Source: an uncultured Verrucomicrobiae bacterium (lineage in GTDB: Bacteria > Verrucomicrobiota > Verrucomicrobiia > Chthoniobacterales > UBA10450). From it: a stretch of DNA of 64,000 nucleotides. Numbering within the stretch: the stretch's first letter is position 1; each line of letters begins with the position of its first letter. The translations under genes and the position numbers were made by a program. Shown here piece after piece: positions 10,139 to 19,883 of the stretch. Under the pieces are notes generated by a model that searched no databases, was not told the origin of the DNA, and saw only the letters and a program-made list of their open reading frames with translations. Location: contig CAVWPA010000003.1 in the NCBI GenBank assembly GCA_963756875.1, positions 192,001-256,000 of the forward strand. Reading direction: 5' to 3'.

Positions 10139-10306
10139 ATGACTAAAAAGGAATCGGCAAAAGCGAAACGCGATATGCAGCTGCGGAAAAAAAAGGCGGC
10201 GGCCCTGGTCAGAAGTCTCAAAAAGACCGAACAAAAATTGGAATTGGATTTAAAGAAGCTCAAGGAAGGTCTCTCCAGCCCGGTACTTTACTATCACCGC
10301 TTGTGA
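10139..10306 (+). CDS. 55-aa Lys-rich peptide, candidate RiPP precursor
   Basis: Strong SD; MTKKESAKAKRDMQLRKKKAAALVRSLKKTEQKLELDLKKLKEGLSSPVLYYHRL; the stop overlaps the next ATG (TGATG). Confidence 0.7.
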   Translation: MTKKESAKAKRDMQLRKKKAAALVRSLKKTEQKLELDLKKLKEGLSSPVLYYHRL

Positions 10307-11442
10307 TGCGGGAAGGGGCGGGCCCATTTCGACGGGCTAAAAGTTTGTCGGTCTGCTGGCGGGACGGTCGACTTCTTTTTCATAATTACGCCGCGCAATC
10401 GACCATTTCTGCCAGGCCCGTCACCTGCGAAGTTCTGAATTTCTTCAGCCACTGGCGCACTGTCAGAGCAGCTGTCACCCATTTTTCTGCTTACTCGAAG
10501 CAAAGCGTGGTGGCCGCTCTCGCCGACTTACTAAAGCGGGGGCTTCTCGTTGCGAAAGGTTCCCCGGAGGCGGCGCGCGACTCTTTGGTTGCAAGGGAGT
10601 GGTCCTCTTGGTTGCCCGAAGGGAGTTTTCATTTCTCGACGAAGGACGCGCCCTATGTGCGTGGCGATCGGAGCAACGCTCGTTTGGCGCCTTTTCTTTT
10701 GAAGACGCCGCAGCCTGCACATTTTAAGGTGATCAGCGAGGCGAGGAGAGTTGCGCTTCCACCGCGTATTTTTCCGGACTGCGAATTCATTCGAGTTCTG
10801 ATGGCGAGACGGACCCATCGACGGTTCTCATCCAAACCGCTTACCCTTGAAAGCGTATCTCAACTGCTCTCACTGGTTTGGGGCTTCACCGGTTATCTGC
10901 ACTCTCCTCTCTTTGGAAAGTTACCGGCCAAGACCAGCCCGTCGGGTGGCGCGCGGCATCCCGGGGAGGTGTACCTGATGGCCCTGCGTGTCCAAGGCCT
11001 GAGACCCGGTCTGTATCATTATCACCCCGCTCACCATCGCCTTGAGAGGATCCATTCCCACGCGACGCGTGGCGAAGCGTCACGCTACTGCGCGTACCAG
11101 GACTACGTAAAAAACGCCGGTGCTCTGTTCTTAATGACGGCCGTGTTTGGACGCACCATGTGGAAATACAGGCATGCTCGCGCCTACCGCGTCGTGTTGC
11201 TCGAAGCTGGCCACCTATGCCAGACATTTTGTCTGGCCGCGACTTGGCTGGGGCTCGCGCCGTTCTGCACCGCCGCGCTCAAGGACACGTTGATCGAGAA
11301 AGATCTCGGAATCGACGGAGTCCGCGAATCGATACTTTACGTAGCTGGCGTTGGCCTGCCCTCTACTTCGGAGCGAGTGAAGCGACAATTTTCTCGAACC
11401 GGGGATCACCGCGCAATGAATCCCAATAGGGGTGAAGCTTGA
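10306..11442 (+). CDS. SagB/ThcOx-family FMN-dependent dehydrogenase (nitroreductase fold) with N-terminal RRE-like winged-helix domain
   Basis: RRTHRRFS, TSPSGGARHP, GLYHY, WKY (Lys-Tyr motif), EAGHLCQTFCLAATWLGL; N-terminal beta-hairpins plus helices ending ALADLLKRGLL. Confidence 0.9.
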   Translation: MREGAGPFRRAKSLSVCWRDGRLLFHNYAAQSTISARPVTCEVLNFFSHWRTVRAAVTHFSAYSKQSVVAALADLLKRGLLVAKGSPEAARDSLVAREWSSWLPEGSFHFSTKDAPYVRGDRSNARLAPFLLKTPQPAHFKVISEARRVALPPRIFPDCEFIRVLMARRTHRRFSSKPLTLESVSQLLSLVWGFTGYLHSPLFGKLPAKTSPSGGARHPGEVYLMALRVQGLRPGLYHYHPAHHRLERIHSHATRGEASRYCAYQDYVKNAGALFLMTAVFGRTMWKYRHARAYRVVLLEAGHLCQTFCLAATWLGLAPFCTAALKDTLIEKDLGIDGVRESILYVAGVGLPSTSERVKRQFSRTGDHRAMNPNRGEA

Positions 11443-13810
11443 GAAGACCGTAGCTAAGCTCGTTAGGGACGCGCTCTACCTCGGCAATCTGTTCGATAGC
11501 CAGGTCTTTTTCGCCGGTCCAGGCGTAAATCTGCGCCAGGTCGACAGCGAGTGCGGCACCGTCGACCGCATCCTTTGATATTGGGAGTAGTTCCCAAGCA
11601 CGTCGGCCCTCACGCAGCGCATCTTCCTTGCGTCCGAGTCCAGCGTCGATCCTGCCCAATAGACTTACCGCCGGCGCAAAATCGGGCTGGTCGTCGATCT
11701 CTTTCTGCACCTCTTTGCGGGCGGCAGCAAAAGCAGCGCGGGCGTTAGCAATGTCCCCTTGGCAATAAGCAAACACTCCCTCCCAGTAAGCCACAGGAAT
11801 TCTGGCACCGTAGGGAGCCAAGCCACCGGGCGGGTAATCTTTAAACACACGGCTGGCAGCAGCCGCGCTTCGTTCACAAAGGCCGTAGTCTGGGTAGTCG
11901 ATATCTCTCGCGACGGCTGGATTTTCAATAATCAAAGCAGCCAGCGTCTTCTTATACGGTTCAATATCCGCCCGCCAATGGAGAGCAACCAGCGCTCGAT
12001 TGACACGGGTCAGCGGATCGCCAGGGGCAATATTCAGTACGCGGTCCCAAGTTTGCGCCTCATCAGCGTAGCGACGCTCCGAATGGTAGGTCAGTGCCAG
12101 TTGTTGAAGGATAAACCGATTGCGCGGGTCCAGCTCGAGGGCGTGCTCCAGATTGCGGGTGGCTTCCGTCCAATCGCCTTCACGACGATCGATCAGGCCG
12201 GTATATAGAAAAACCTCTGCGTTGTTCGGCAGCGTATGCCGCGCAGTTGCCAGATCAGCGCGCGCGCGCTGATAGTCGCGGAAGCCTTGGTAGTAATAAA
12301 TTCCGAGTGCGAGGTTTACTTCACCCCCTTGGGGTTGCAGCTGCGAGGCAGTTTGTAGCGCCGCCTTGGCCAGATCAAGACGTGACTTGGTATGGTCCTC
12401 GTGCGTATAGATGGCACCCTGCGTTCGCGACAGCAGGCACCAAGCCAAAAGAAAACGCGGGTCGCTCTGAACAGCCTCGTTAAGCAGGCGCGCAGCCTCA
12501 AACAAGTTCTCCCTGCCGTGCATTGGATCTGAAACGTTTCCCCAGTGCGCCTTAGCCTCCTGGTATAGCCTGAACGCGATGAGGTTGGTAGTTGGGGGCT
12601 TCTCGATCGCGGCCTTTTCGCTCGGAGAGATTTTTGCCTGGAGTTGGTCGGCGATCGCTTTCGCAATCTCGCTCTGGATCTTAAAGACGTCCGCCAGTTC
12701 GCGATCATACCCCTGCGCCCAGATATGCGTGTCTGTTCGGGCGTCGATCAACTGTGCGGTAACGCGGATCCGGTTCCCCTCACGCTGCACGCTCCCTTCC
12801 AACACATGGGCTACCCCGAGCTGCTTGGCAATCTCGCGCACATTGCGCTCCGCGCCGCCTTTGTACTGCATTACGCTGGTCCGGCTAATGACCTTTAGGT
12901 CAGCGATTTTCGCCAGGTCCATGAGAATTTCGTCCTGGACACCTTCAGTGAAGAATGCGTTTTCCGGTTGTGCGCTTAGGTTCTCGAAAGGAAGCACCGC
13001 GATGCTCTTTTCCGGAGCGATCACGCGAGCTGTTCGCCCTGAACGTCCGCGTTGGACGAAGATCCAAATGCTGGTCGCCAGCGCGATCGCCGAAAGAAAC
13101 ATGGTCAGCGCCAATAACGATTTTGACCAGCGTGGAGCCGCTGCCGACCGCATGAGACGCGCGTCGGCGTGCTTCCAGCGCTTGCCGCGACGGAATTTTT
13201 CCGGTGGCTGCGGATTACCCAGATCGCTCTTTGAAAAATTGAAGATGTGAAGCCTTAGTCCGTGCTTAACCTCGCACTCGCCAAGGTCGTGCAGATAGGG
13301 CCGCCAATGCCCGTATTGCGCCAAATCGTCGGCCACGTGCTTCGAGAGCAGAATGTGCCCGGCATCGCCGCATTCCATCACCCGCTGGGCGACATTTATG
13401 CCCGTTCCGGTAATGTTGGATCGGTCGTTCACATCGGTAACCTCATTCACCGGGCCGCTGTGAATTCCCATGCGCAACTGGATTTGAGGATGGCTGCGCA
13501 ATTCCTCGGCAATCTCTAGCGCACATTGCACCGGCTCCTCCGGACTATGGAAGAAAAGCAGCGCCATTCCATCGCCGGTAGGCAGACGAATCAGCTTTCG
13601 GCTGGCTTCAGCCCGCCGGAAACATTCGGTGTTTCGAACGATTTGATTAAGCTGCTGGAGCAGTTCGGCCTGTTCGTTGCCCAGCAGCTTGGAATAGCCG
13701 ACAACGTCCATTAACAAAATGTGCGCGATCTCGAATCCGAGATCCGGCTTCTGCCCAGCGGATATGTTTTGCTCGGGCACGGGCCTCCTTTGCAAGGCCG
13801 ATGATCTCAA
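11363..13810 (-). CDS. Class III adenylate/guanylate cyclase-like domain + TolB-N + TPR protein (start uncertain)
   Basis: ILLMDVVGYS, PTGDGMAL, LRMGIHSGPV, GINVAQRVM; SIAVLPFENLS; TPRs; WDSLRGDPRF. Confidence 0.88.
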   Translation of the reverse strand: MRSSALQRRPVPEQNISAGQKPDLGFEIAHILLMDVVGYSKLLGNEQAELLQQLNQIVRNTECFRRAEASRKLIRLPTGDGMALLFFHSPEEPVQCALEIAEELRSHPQIQLRMGIHSGPVNEVTDVNDRSNITGTGINVAQRVMECGDAGHILLSKHVADDLAQYGHWRPYLHDLGECEVKHGLRLHIFNFSKSDLGNPQPPEKFRRGKRWKHADARLMRSAAAPRWSKSLLALTMFLSAIALATSIWIFVQRGRSGRTARVIAPEKSIAVLPFENLSAQPENAFFTEGVQDEILMDLAKIADLKVISRTSVMQYKGGAERNVREIAKQLGVAHVLEGSVQREGNRIRVTAQLIDARTDTHIWAQGYDRELADVFKIQSEIAKAIADQLQAKISPSEKAAIEKPPTTNLIAFRLYQEAKAHWGNVSDPMHGRENLFEAARLLNEAVQSDPRFLLAWCLLSRTQGAIYTHEDHTKSRLDLAKAALQTASQLQPQGGEVNLALGIYYYQGFRDYQRARADLATARHTLPNNAEVFLYTGLIDRREGDWTEATRNLEHALELDPRNRFILQQLALTYHSERRYADEAQTWDRVLNIAPGDPLTRVNRALVALHWRADIEPYKKTLAALIIENPAVARDIDYPDYGLCERSAAAASRVFKDYPPGGLAPYGARIPVAYWEGVFAYCQGDIANARAAFAAARKEVQKEIDDQPDFAPAVSLLGRIDAGLGRKEDALREGRRAWELLPISKDAVDGAALAVDLAQIYAWTGEKDLAIEQIAEVERVPNELSYGLLKLHPYWDSLRGDPRFEKIVASLAPK

Positions 13811-13885
13811 TTCTTCCGGCCTGGGGTCGAGCTAAAACGACGAGCGAAGCGCGGGGCGCCGCCCGCGCGACCAGGAAGTAGGAGC

Positions 13886-14821
13886 CTACTTAACACCGGT
13901 GGCGAAGACTGTTTGAAAATGCGGGCTCTGTTTCTCCCGCGCCACCACGCTCACTTCGATCTCGTCAAACCCGGCCTTTTCCAAAAGTTCGTGCAGGATC
14001 ACTTCGCTAAAGCCGAGCCAGTGATCGGCATAGAGTTTTCGCGCCTTCTCGAAATTGTGGCTCAGCAGATCGAGCACAACGATGCGCCCCCCTTTTTTCA
14101 GAATGCGATGCGCCGACTCGATCGCGCGCTCCGGCTTGATGGCGTGATGCAACGCCTGGCTGAGAATGGCCAAATCAATACTGTTCTTCGCGATCGGCGG
14201 GGCCTCAATGTCGCCCAGCCGGTACTCGAGATTTTTCAACCCGTGCTGCTTTGCCAGCTTCGATCCGAACTCGACCATCTTCGGCGAGTTGTCGATGGCA
14301 ATGACTTTGCGCGCGCGTTTGGCGAGCAATTCGGAGAGCGTCCCTTCCCCGGCGCCCAGATCCGCCACCGTCAACGGCGGAAGCAAAGTAATGAGCGTGT
14401 GCGAAAGCGCTTTCCACGAGCGACCGGGGACGTAACTGCGTCCAAATCGGCCCGCCAGTTCGTCGAAATACTTTCGCGCCTTGTCCTGGCGTTTCCGTAA
14501 CGCAAGCTTCAATGCCGTGCGATCGTGCGCCGTTTCGGGAATTTCGCGCGCCAACGTTCGCAGCACTTCCTGCACGCGTCCGCGCGCCCCGTCGCGGCCG
14601 GCGGTTTTTGAGGCGCCGTAATAAACATTTTTGCCCGCCCGGCGATCTTCCACCACTCCGGCGCGCTTCAACTGGGCGAGATGACTGGAAATACGCGATT
14701 GCCCCATTTCCAGAATGTCCTGCAACTCCGCGACGGAAAGCTCCTCCTGTTCGAGCAACAGGAGAAGCCGCAGCCGTGTAGGATCGGCCAGGAGCCGGAG
14801 CAAATTAATCGTTGACGTCAT
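13886..14821 (-). CDS. sahR: ArsR/SmtB HTH fused to a SAM-methyltransferase-like domain (SahR-type regulator)
   Basis: LADPTRLRLL..SVAELQ..QSRISSHLAQLK; ADLGAGEG; divergent from metK-ahcY. Confidence 0.85.
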   Translation of the reverse strand: MTSTINLLRLLADPTRLRLLLLLEQEELSVAELQDILEMGQSRISSHLAQLKRAGVVEDRRAGKNVYYGASKTAGRDGARGRVQEVLRTLAREIPETAHDRTALKLALRKRQDKARKYFDELAGRFGRSYVPGRSWKALSHTLITLLPPLTVADLGAGEGTLSELLAKRARKVIAIDNSPKMVEFGSKLAKQHGLKNLEYRLGDIEAPPIAKNSIDLAILSQALHHAIKPERAIESAHRILKKGGRIVVLDLLSHNFEKARKLYADHWLGFSEVILHELLEKAGFDEIEVSVVAREKQSPHFQTVFATGVK

Positions 14822-14832
14822 GCAGCTGGACA

Positions 14833-14862
14833 ACGATATATCGACGTATCATGATTGGTCAA
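14833..14862 (-). promoter_or_regulatory. Putative sahR promoter overlapped by an imperfect palindrome (candidate operator)
   Basis: Minus strand TTGACC-18 bp-TATCGT; ATATCGACGTATCATGATTG at 14838-14857 lies in the spacer. Confidence 0.5.
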
Positions 14863-14979
14863 TATGTCATACGACAGCGTCCCGCCGTTCACGCGACGAA
14901 TCGTTGCAGCGGCTGAAGGCCTCGCCCGGCAAATTCCAGTCTAACGTTATAACTCTTCTAACGAATCACGTTCCACACC

Positions 14980-16158
14980 ATGTCCCGCCGTTACATCTTT
15001 TCCTCCGAGTCGGTCACCGAAGGTCATCCCGATAAAGTTTGCGACACCATCAGCGATTACGTACTCGATGCGTGCCTGGAGCAGGACCCGCTCAGCCGCG
15101 TCGCATGCGAGACGCTGGCAAAAGGCAATCTCGTCGTGCTCGCGGGCGAAATCACCAGCAATGCAAAATTTGACTTCGAGGAGCGCATCCGCGAAGCCGT
15201 GCGCAGCATCGGCTACGTAAACACCGATTGCATTTTTCACGCGGACACATGCCGCGTTGTTTGCGAAATCACGGAGCAATCCCGCGACATCAAACAGGGC
15301 GTCGATGAAGCCGCTGCAGAGGGGAAAAGCACTGCCGAACAGGGCGCCGGCGACCAGGGCCTGATGTTCGGCTTCGCGTGCAACGAAACGCCGGAGCTTA
15401 TGCCCGCGCCGATTTCCTTCGCGCACAAACTGGGGCGCGAATTGATGCGAATGCGCAAATCCGGCGAAATCCCGTGGCTGCGACCCGACGCCAAAACACA
15501 GGTCTCGATCGAGTATGACGGCTACAAACCGGTGCGCGCCTCTGCGGTCGTGGTTTCCACGCAACATGCGGCCGACGTAAAACAAAAGGAAATTCACGAG
15601 ACGCTCATCGAGTTGCTCATCAAGAAAGTGATGCCGCCCGAATGGCTCGACGAGAAGACGATCTACTTAATCAATCCGACCGGCCGCTTCGTTACCGGCG
15701 GCCCCGAAGGCGACGCTGGAATCACGGGACGCAAAATCATTGTGGATACGTACGGCGGAATGGGACGGCACGGGGGCGGCGCGTTTTCCGGAAAGGACCC
15801 CAGTAAAGTGGACCGCAGCGCGGCGTACATGGGCCGCTGGGTAGCGAAAAATGTGGTCGCTGCCGGCCTCGCCGACCGCTGCGAAGTGCAATTCGCCTAT
15901 GCCATCGGCCATCCCGATCCCGTCAGCGTGAGCATCGACACTTTCTGCACCGGCAAGGTTGACGACGAAAAAATCGAGCGCGCCGTCCGGGAAATCTTCA
16001 ATTTCAAACCGGCCGAAATCATCAAACAGCTCAACCTGCTCCGTCCGATTTATCGCAAGACCACCAACTACGGACACTTCGGCCGGATCGACGACCTCGA
16101 TGCCATCACGTGGGAAAAAACGGACAAGGCGGACGCAATCAGGAAGGCAGTGCAGTAA
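14980..16158 (+). CDS. metK: S-adenosylmethionine synthetase
   Basis: [44 protein letters not shown]. Confidence 0.98.
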   Translation: MSRRYIFSSESVTEGHPDKVCDTISDYVLDACLEQDPLSRVACETLAKGNLVVLAGEITSNAKFDFEERIREAVRSIGYVNTDCIFHADTCRVVCEITEQSRDIKQGVDEAAAEGKSTAEQGAGDQGLMFGFACNETPELMPAPISFAHKLGRELMRMRKSGEIPWLRPDAKTQVSIEYDGYKPVRASAVVVSTQHAADVKQKEIHETLIELLIKKVMPPEWLDEKTIYLINPTGRFVTGGPEGDAGITGRKIIVDTYGGMGRHGGGAFSGKDPSKVDRSAAYMGRWVAKNVVAAGLADRCEVQFAYAIGHPDPVSVSIDTFCTGKVDDEKIERAVREIFNFKPAEIIKQLNLLRPIYRKTTNYGHFGRIDDLDAITWEKTDKADAIRKAVQ

Positions 16159-16182
16159 TCGGAGCTCTATCAGTAAAAATTT

Positions 16183-17616
16183 ATGAGTACGACAACGACC
16201 GACTCGAAAACGAAACAAGATTTTAAAGTTCGCGACATCAATCTTGCGGACTTTGGACGAAAGGAAATTTCCATCGCGGAAAAGGAGATGCCCGGCCTGA
16301 TGGCCATCCGGGAGAAGTATGCACCGGAGAAACCGTTCGCCGGTGTCCGCATCACCGGTTCGCTCCACATGACGATCCAGACCGCCGTGTTGATCGAAAC
16401 ACTGGTCGATCTCGGCGCAAGCGTGCGCTGGGCCAGTTGCAACATTTTCTCGACCCAGGATCACGCCGCGGCGGCGATCGCGAAATCAGGCGTACCGGTT
16501 TTCGCGTGGAAAGGCGAATCGCTCGAAGAATATTGGTGGTGCACTTACCGGGCACTCTCGCATGCGGACGGCAAAGGACCGCAACTCATCGTCGATGACG
16601 GTGGCGACGCGACATTGCTCATCCACAAAGGGTACGAGATCGAAGAAGGCAGCGATTGGGCGAAAACGAAATCGGCGAACAGGGAAGAACAGGTCATCAA
16701 GGACCTGTTGCTCGAAATTCAGCGCGAAAATCCGTATCGCTGGCACGAAATCGTGAAGGGGTGGCGCGGTGTTTCCGAAGAAACAACCACCGGCGTGCAT
16801 CGTCTTTATAAGATGCACCTGGAAAACAAGCTGCTGGTTCCGGCGATCAATGTGAACGACTCGGTCACGAAGTCGAAGTTCGACAATCTTTACGGCTGCC
16901 GGCATTCGCTGGTCGATGGATTGAACCGCGCGCTCGACGTCATGATTGCCGGCAAGATCGCGGTGGTGTGCGGCTACGGCGACGTCGGCAAAGGTTGCGC
17001 GCAATCGCTGCGCGGCCAGGGGGCGCGCGTGGTCATTACCGAGATCGATCCGATCAACGCATTGCAAGCGGCGATGGAAGGCTACGAAGTCACGACCATT
17101 GAGGAAACACTCGGCCGAGGGGACATTTACATCAGCGCCACCGGCAACACCGACGTGATCACGTTCGATCACATGCAGCGGATGAAAGATCAGGCCATCG
17201 TTGCCAACATTGGCCACTTCGACAACGAGATCCAGGTGGATGCGCTCAGTTCCGCCAAGGGCGTAAAGCGCACCAACATCAAACCGCAGGTGGACAAGTA
17301 CACATTCCCGGATGGCCACGATATTTTTCTGCTCGCGGAAGGGCGTCTGGTAAATCTCGGCTGCGCCACCGGCCATCCGAGCTTCGTCATGTCGAACTCA
17401 TTTTCCAATCAGGTGCTCGCCCAGCTCGATCTTTGGAAGAATCGGGAGACGTACAAGCCCGGCGTTTACGTCCTTTCGAAGAAACTCGACGAAGAAGTTG
17501 CGCGCCTGCATCTGGGAAAAATCGGGGTCAAACTGAGCAAGCTCTCGCAAAAGCAGGCCGATTATCTCGGCGTGCCGGTCGAAGGCCCGTTCAAGTCGGA
17601 GCATTACCGCTATTAA
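16183..17616 (+). CDS. ahcY: Adenosylhomocysteinase
   Basis: [49 protein letters not shown]. Confidence 0.98.
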   Translation: MSTTTTDSKTKQDFKVRDINLADFGRKEISIAEKEMPGLMAIREKYAPEKPFAGVRITGSLHMTIQTAVLIETLVDLGASVRWASCNIFSTQDHAAAAIAKSGVPVFAWKGESLEEYWWCTYRALSHADGKGPQLIVDDGGDATLLIHKGYEIEEGSDWAKTKSANREEQVIKDLLLEIQRENPYRWHEIVKGWRGVSEETTTGVHRLYKMHLENKLLVPAINVNDSVTKSKFDNLYGCRHSLVDGLNRALDVMIAGKIAVVCGYGDVGKGCAQSLRGQGARVVITEIDPINALQAAMEGYEVTTIEETLGRGDIYISATGNTDVITFDHMQRMKDQAIVANIGHFDNEIQVDALSSAKGVKRTNIKPQVDKYTFPDGHDIFLLAEGRLVNLGCATGHPSFVMSNSFSNQVLAQLDLWKNRETYKPGVYVLSKKLDEEVARLHLGKIGVKLSKLSQKQADYLGVPVEGPFKSEHYRY

Positions 17617-17816
17617 TGGTAGGGACGGCGCGCTGCGCCGTCCGGACATCGCGGCGGGATGTCCCTACCAAATAATAAGACGCGACTCCGAAAGCGTTCG
17701 CGAGCAGACGGAGCGCGTCCCTCCAACGCAATCCCCTTACAAATCGGCAGGCGATGCGCCCGCCCTACAATCTGTTCGCGTTCAGTTGAACGTTGGACGT
17801 TGAACGTCGAACGTTT
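17617..17816. repeat. Mosaic intergenic repeat cluster (GTAG double hairpin, GGAG-type arm, CCCTAC arm, heptamer tandem)
   Basis: 17618-17669 matches the leuS-internal element; 17679-17725 matches 23725-23772; GTTGAAC-like heptamer x4 at 17785-17812. Confidence 0.85.
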
Positions 17817-17819
17817 CGT

Positions 17820-18659
17820 ATGACCGAGACTTGCCGGCGCGCGCTTCTAATCGCCGGCCATGGGTCGACCGTAAACCCGGACTCGAGCGCGCCGACCCTC
17901 GCGCAGGCTGCCGAGATCCGGCGCAGGAGCATTTTTGCCGAGGTGGGATGCGCGTTTTGGAAAGAGGAACCGAGCTTGCGTGACGCGGTTTTCGCGTTCG
18001 ATCCCGGAGCGATCGACGAAGTTTACGTTGTGCCGAATTTCATCAGTGAAGGCTATTTCACGCAAACTGTGATCCCGCGCGAGCTGGAATTGAGCGGCCG
18101 GATCACCAGGCGCCCAGGCGGGCAGGTCTGGAAATATTGCGAGCCGGCAGGAAACCATTCGCTCGTGACCGAATTGCTGATGCAGAGAGCGCGCGAAGTT
18201 GCGCCGGGCGTCGATCCGCGCGAAGCCACGCTCCTGATTGTTGCCCATGGCACAGACTTGAACGAAAACAGCGCGGTGGCGGCCAAGCGGGAGGCGCAAA
18301 AGATCCGGGAGCTTCGCCGCTATGCGGACGTGCTCAACGTTTACATGGAAGAGCGGCCGCTGGTCGCAGACTGGAGACAATTGACCAGCACGCCAAACGT
18401 GGTGGTCGTGCCGTTCTTCATTTCAGATGGCCTGCACAGCTATGAAGATATTCCTGTGCTGCTCGGAATCGCCAGCGAAGGATCGGCAGCGGCAAATCGC
18501 AATGCGCGCGGCGAAATCTTCCGGCAGAACCCGTACAAAATCGATAATCGTTCGCTGTTTTACGCGGGCGCCATAGGGACCGATCCGCGGTTCGCCGATC
18601 TCCTGATCGAACAGGCGAGAGCCTTTGATTCCAAAGAGAAGGTTATCAAGAAAAGTTGA
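17820..18659 (+). CDS. CbiX/SirB-like chelatase-fold protein (two CbiX repeats)
   Basis: LLIAGHGS..AFWKEEPSL..VVPNFISEGYF; LLIVAHGT..VVVPFFISDGLH. Confidence 0.85.
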   Translation: MTETCRRALLIAGHGSTVNPDSSAPTLAQAAEIRRRSIFAEVGCAFWKEEPSLRDAVFAFDPGAIDEVYVVPNFISEGYFTQTVIPRELELSGRITRRPGGQVWKYCEPAGNHSLVTELLMQRAREVAPGVDPREATLLIVAHGTDLNENSAVAAKREAQKIRELRRYADVLNVYMEERPLVADWRQLTSTPNVVVVPFFISDGLHSYEDIPVLLGIASEGSAAANRNARGEIFRQNPYKIDNRSLFYAGAIGTDPRFADLLIEQARAFDSKEKVIKKS

Positions 18660-18705
18660 AATCGCGCTCGCGCTCGTTTTCTTTTCCACGACATTAGCAT
18701 CCCTG

Positions 18706-19164
18706 ATGAAAGCCGAGACCTGCAAGAAGCTGCAAGAAATCGGAGCTTTCGCTCTTGCCGGCGGGTGCGCAAAAAAAAGTATGAAGCAGGTCGCGGAACT
18801 GATCCGCGCGGCACGCGATTATCGGTGGGTCGGCATTTACAAAATCACGAAGAAAGAATTCGTTATTCTGGCCGGCACCGGCGACGAGCCGCCGACCTAC
18901 CCACGCTTCCCGATTACGCAAGGACTGTGCGGGGCGGTGCTGGAATCAGGCAAACCAATCGTAGTGGGCGACGTGCACAAGGATCCGCGCTATCTCCCGA
19001 CCTTTCACACCACCCGCTCCGAGATCATCGTTCCGATGAGAAACGAGCACCGCCATATCCTTGGAATGATTAACGCCGAGAGTGACAAGGTGAACGCGTT
19101 TGGCGACGAAGACCGGCAATTCCTCGAACGCGCGGCCGGCCTGATTGCGCATTGCCTGGCGTAG
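18706..19164 (+). CDS. Stand-alone GAF domain protein (free Met-R-sulfoxide reductase MsrC-like)
   Basis: WVGIY, GLCG, VGDVHKDPRYL, RSEIIVP, ESDKVNAF. Confidence 0.8.
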   Translation: MKAETCKKLQEIGAFALAGGCAKKSMKQVAELIRAARDYRWVGIYKITKKEFVILAGTGDEPPTYPRFPITQGLCGAVLESGKPIVVGDVHKDPRYLPTFHTTRSEIIVPMRNEHRHILGMINAESDKVNAFGDEDRQFLERAAGLIAHCLA

Positions 19165-19181
19165 TCGATCGCAACAGCGCG

Positions 19182-19883
19182 ATGCCCGATTCCATCGAGC
19201 GATGTCTCGAAACAGCCCTGGCTGATTCGCTGCGGTTCGGTCAAATCCAAATACGGAAAGCGAACGGCTCGTTCGTTCTTTGTCATCGCGGCGATGAAGG
19301 CCGCAGCGATTTGCAGATTTTTCGAACTCCGGAAGACGCCGTTGAAATTGCGCGCTACGACGATGAAGGAAATTACCGTCCATTAAAGACCGCGCCGAAT
19401 CTGCGGCATGGCTGGCGATTGGAGATTGTCGATTCGGCCGCTCTACGCCGCGCACTGGACTACTTTTATCCCGGCAGACTGGCCATGTTTGCGGCCTGGC
19501 AGGAAAATCGTCTGCCCGTAACGCCGCTTCGCCAGACTTTGGATCGGCAATCCGGGATGTACCGCGTCGCCGCCAGCATTTCTGACAAGCAAATCGACGA
19601 CGTCGTCGAAACATTCTGCCGGTCGAACGGCGGCTGTCTGCGCACGATCCTGTGGAGACGCGACGAACAGGGCACCATGGCATCGACGAAGTTGCCGCCG
19701 GAGAAATTCGACCCGGCGTTCGATCAAACCAAAGCCCTGCATGGACCGCGGGCAGCAACTCCGAAAGCCTTCGCGGGCGAGGCCGCGGCTACAGCGATCC
19801 CGCTGCTTTGCCAGGAAGCGTGCAATTTGCTCGTGGCGGAATGTCGCAAAGTGGTGAAGGGCGAAACCTCGTCCAGCCTGTAG
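19182..19883 (+). CDS. DR2241-like protein with four-Cys motif (putative Fe-S)
   Basis: YRPLKTAPNLRHGW, RQSGMYR, C..GGCLRTILW, CQEACN. Confidence 0.75.
   Translation: MPDSIERCLETALADSLRFGQIQIRKANGSFVLCHRGDEGRSDLQIFRTPEDAVEIARYDDEGNYRPLKTAPNLRHGWRLEIVDSAALRRALDYFYPGRLAMFAAWQENRLPVTPLRQTLDRQSGMYRVAASISDKQIDDVVETFCRSNGGCLRTILWRRDEQGTMASTKLPPEKFDPAFDQTKALHGPRAATPKAFAGEAAATAIPLLCQEACNLLVAECRKVVKGETSSSL

Noticed and set aside
10283..10306. YYH motif suggesting a biarylitide
   Set aside because: Biarylitides are 5-aa MxYxH precursors modified by a cytochrome P450; here the motif is C-terminal in a 55-aa peptide and no P450 is present
14860..14980. SAM or SAH riboswitch ahead of metK
   Set aside because: No recognisable SAM-I/II or SAH consensus; a protein regulator is adjacent
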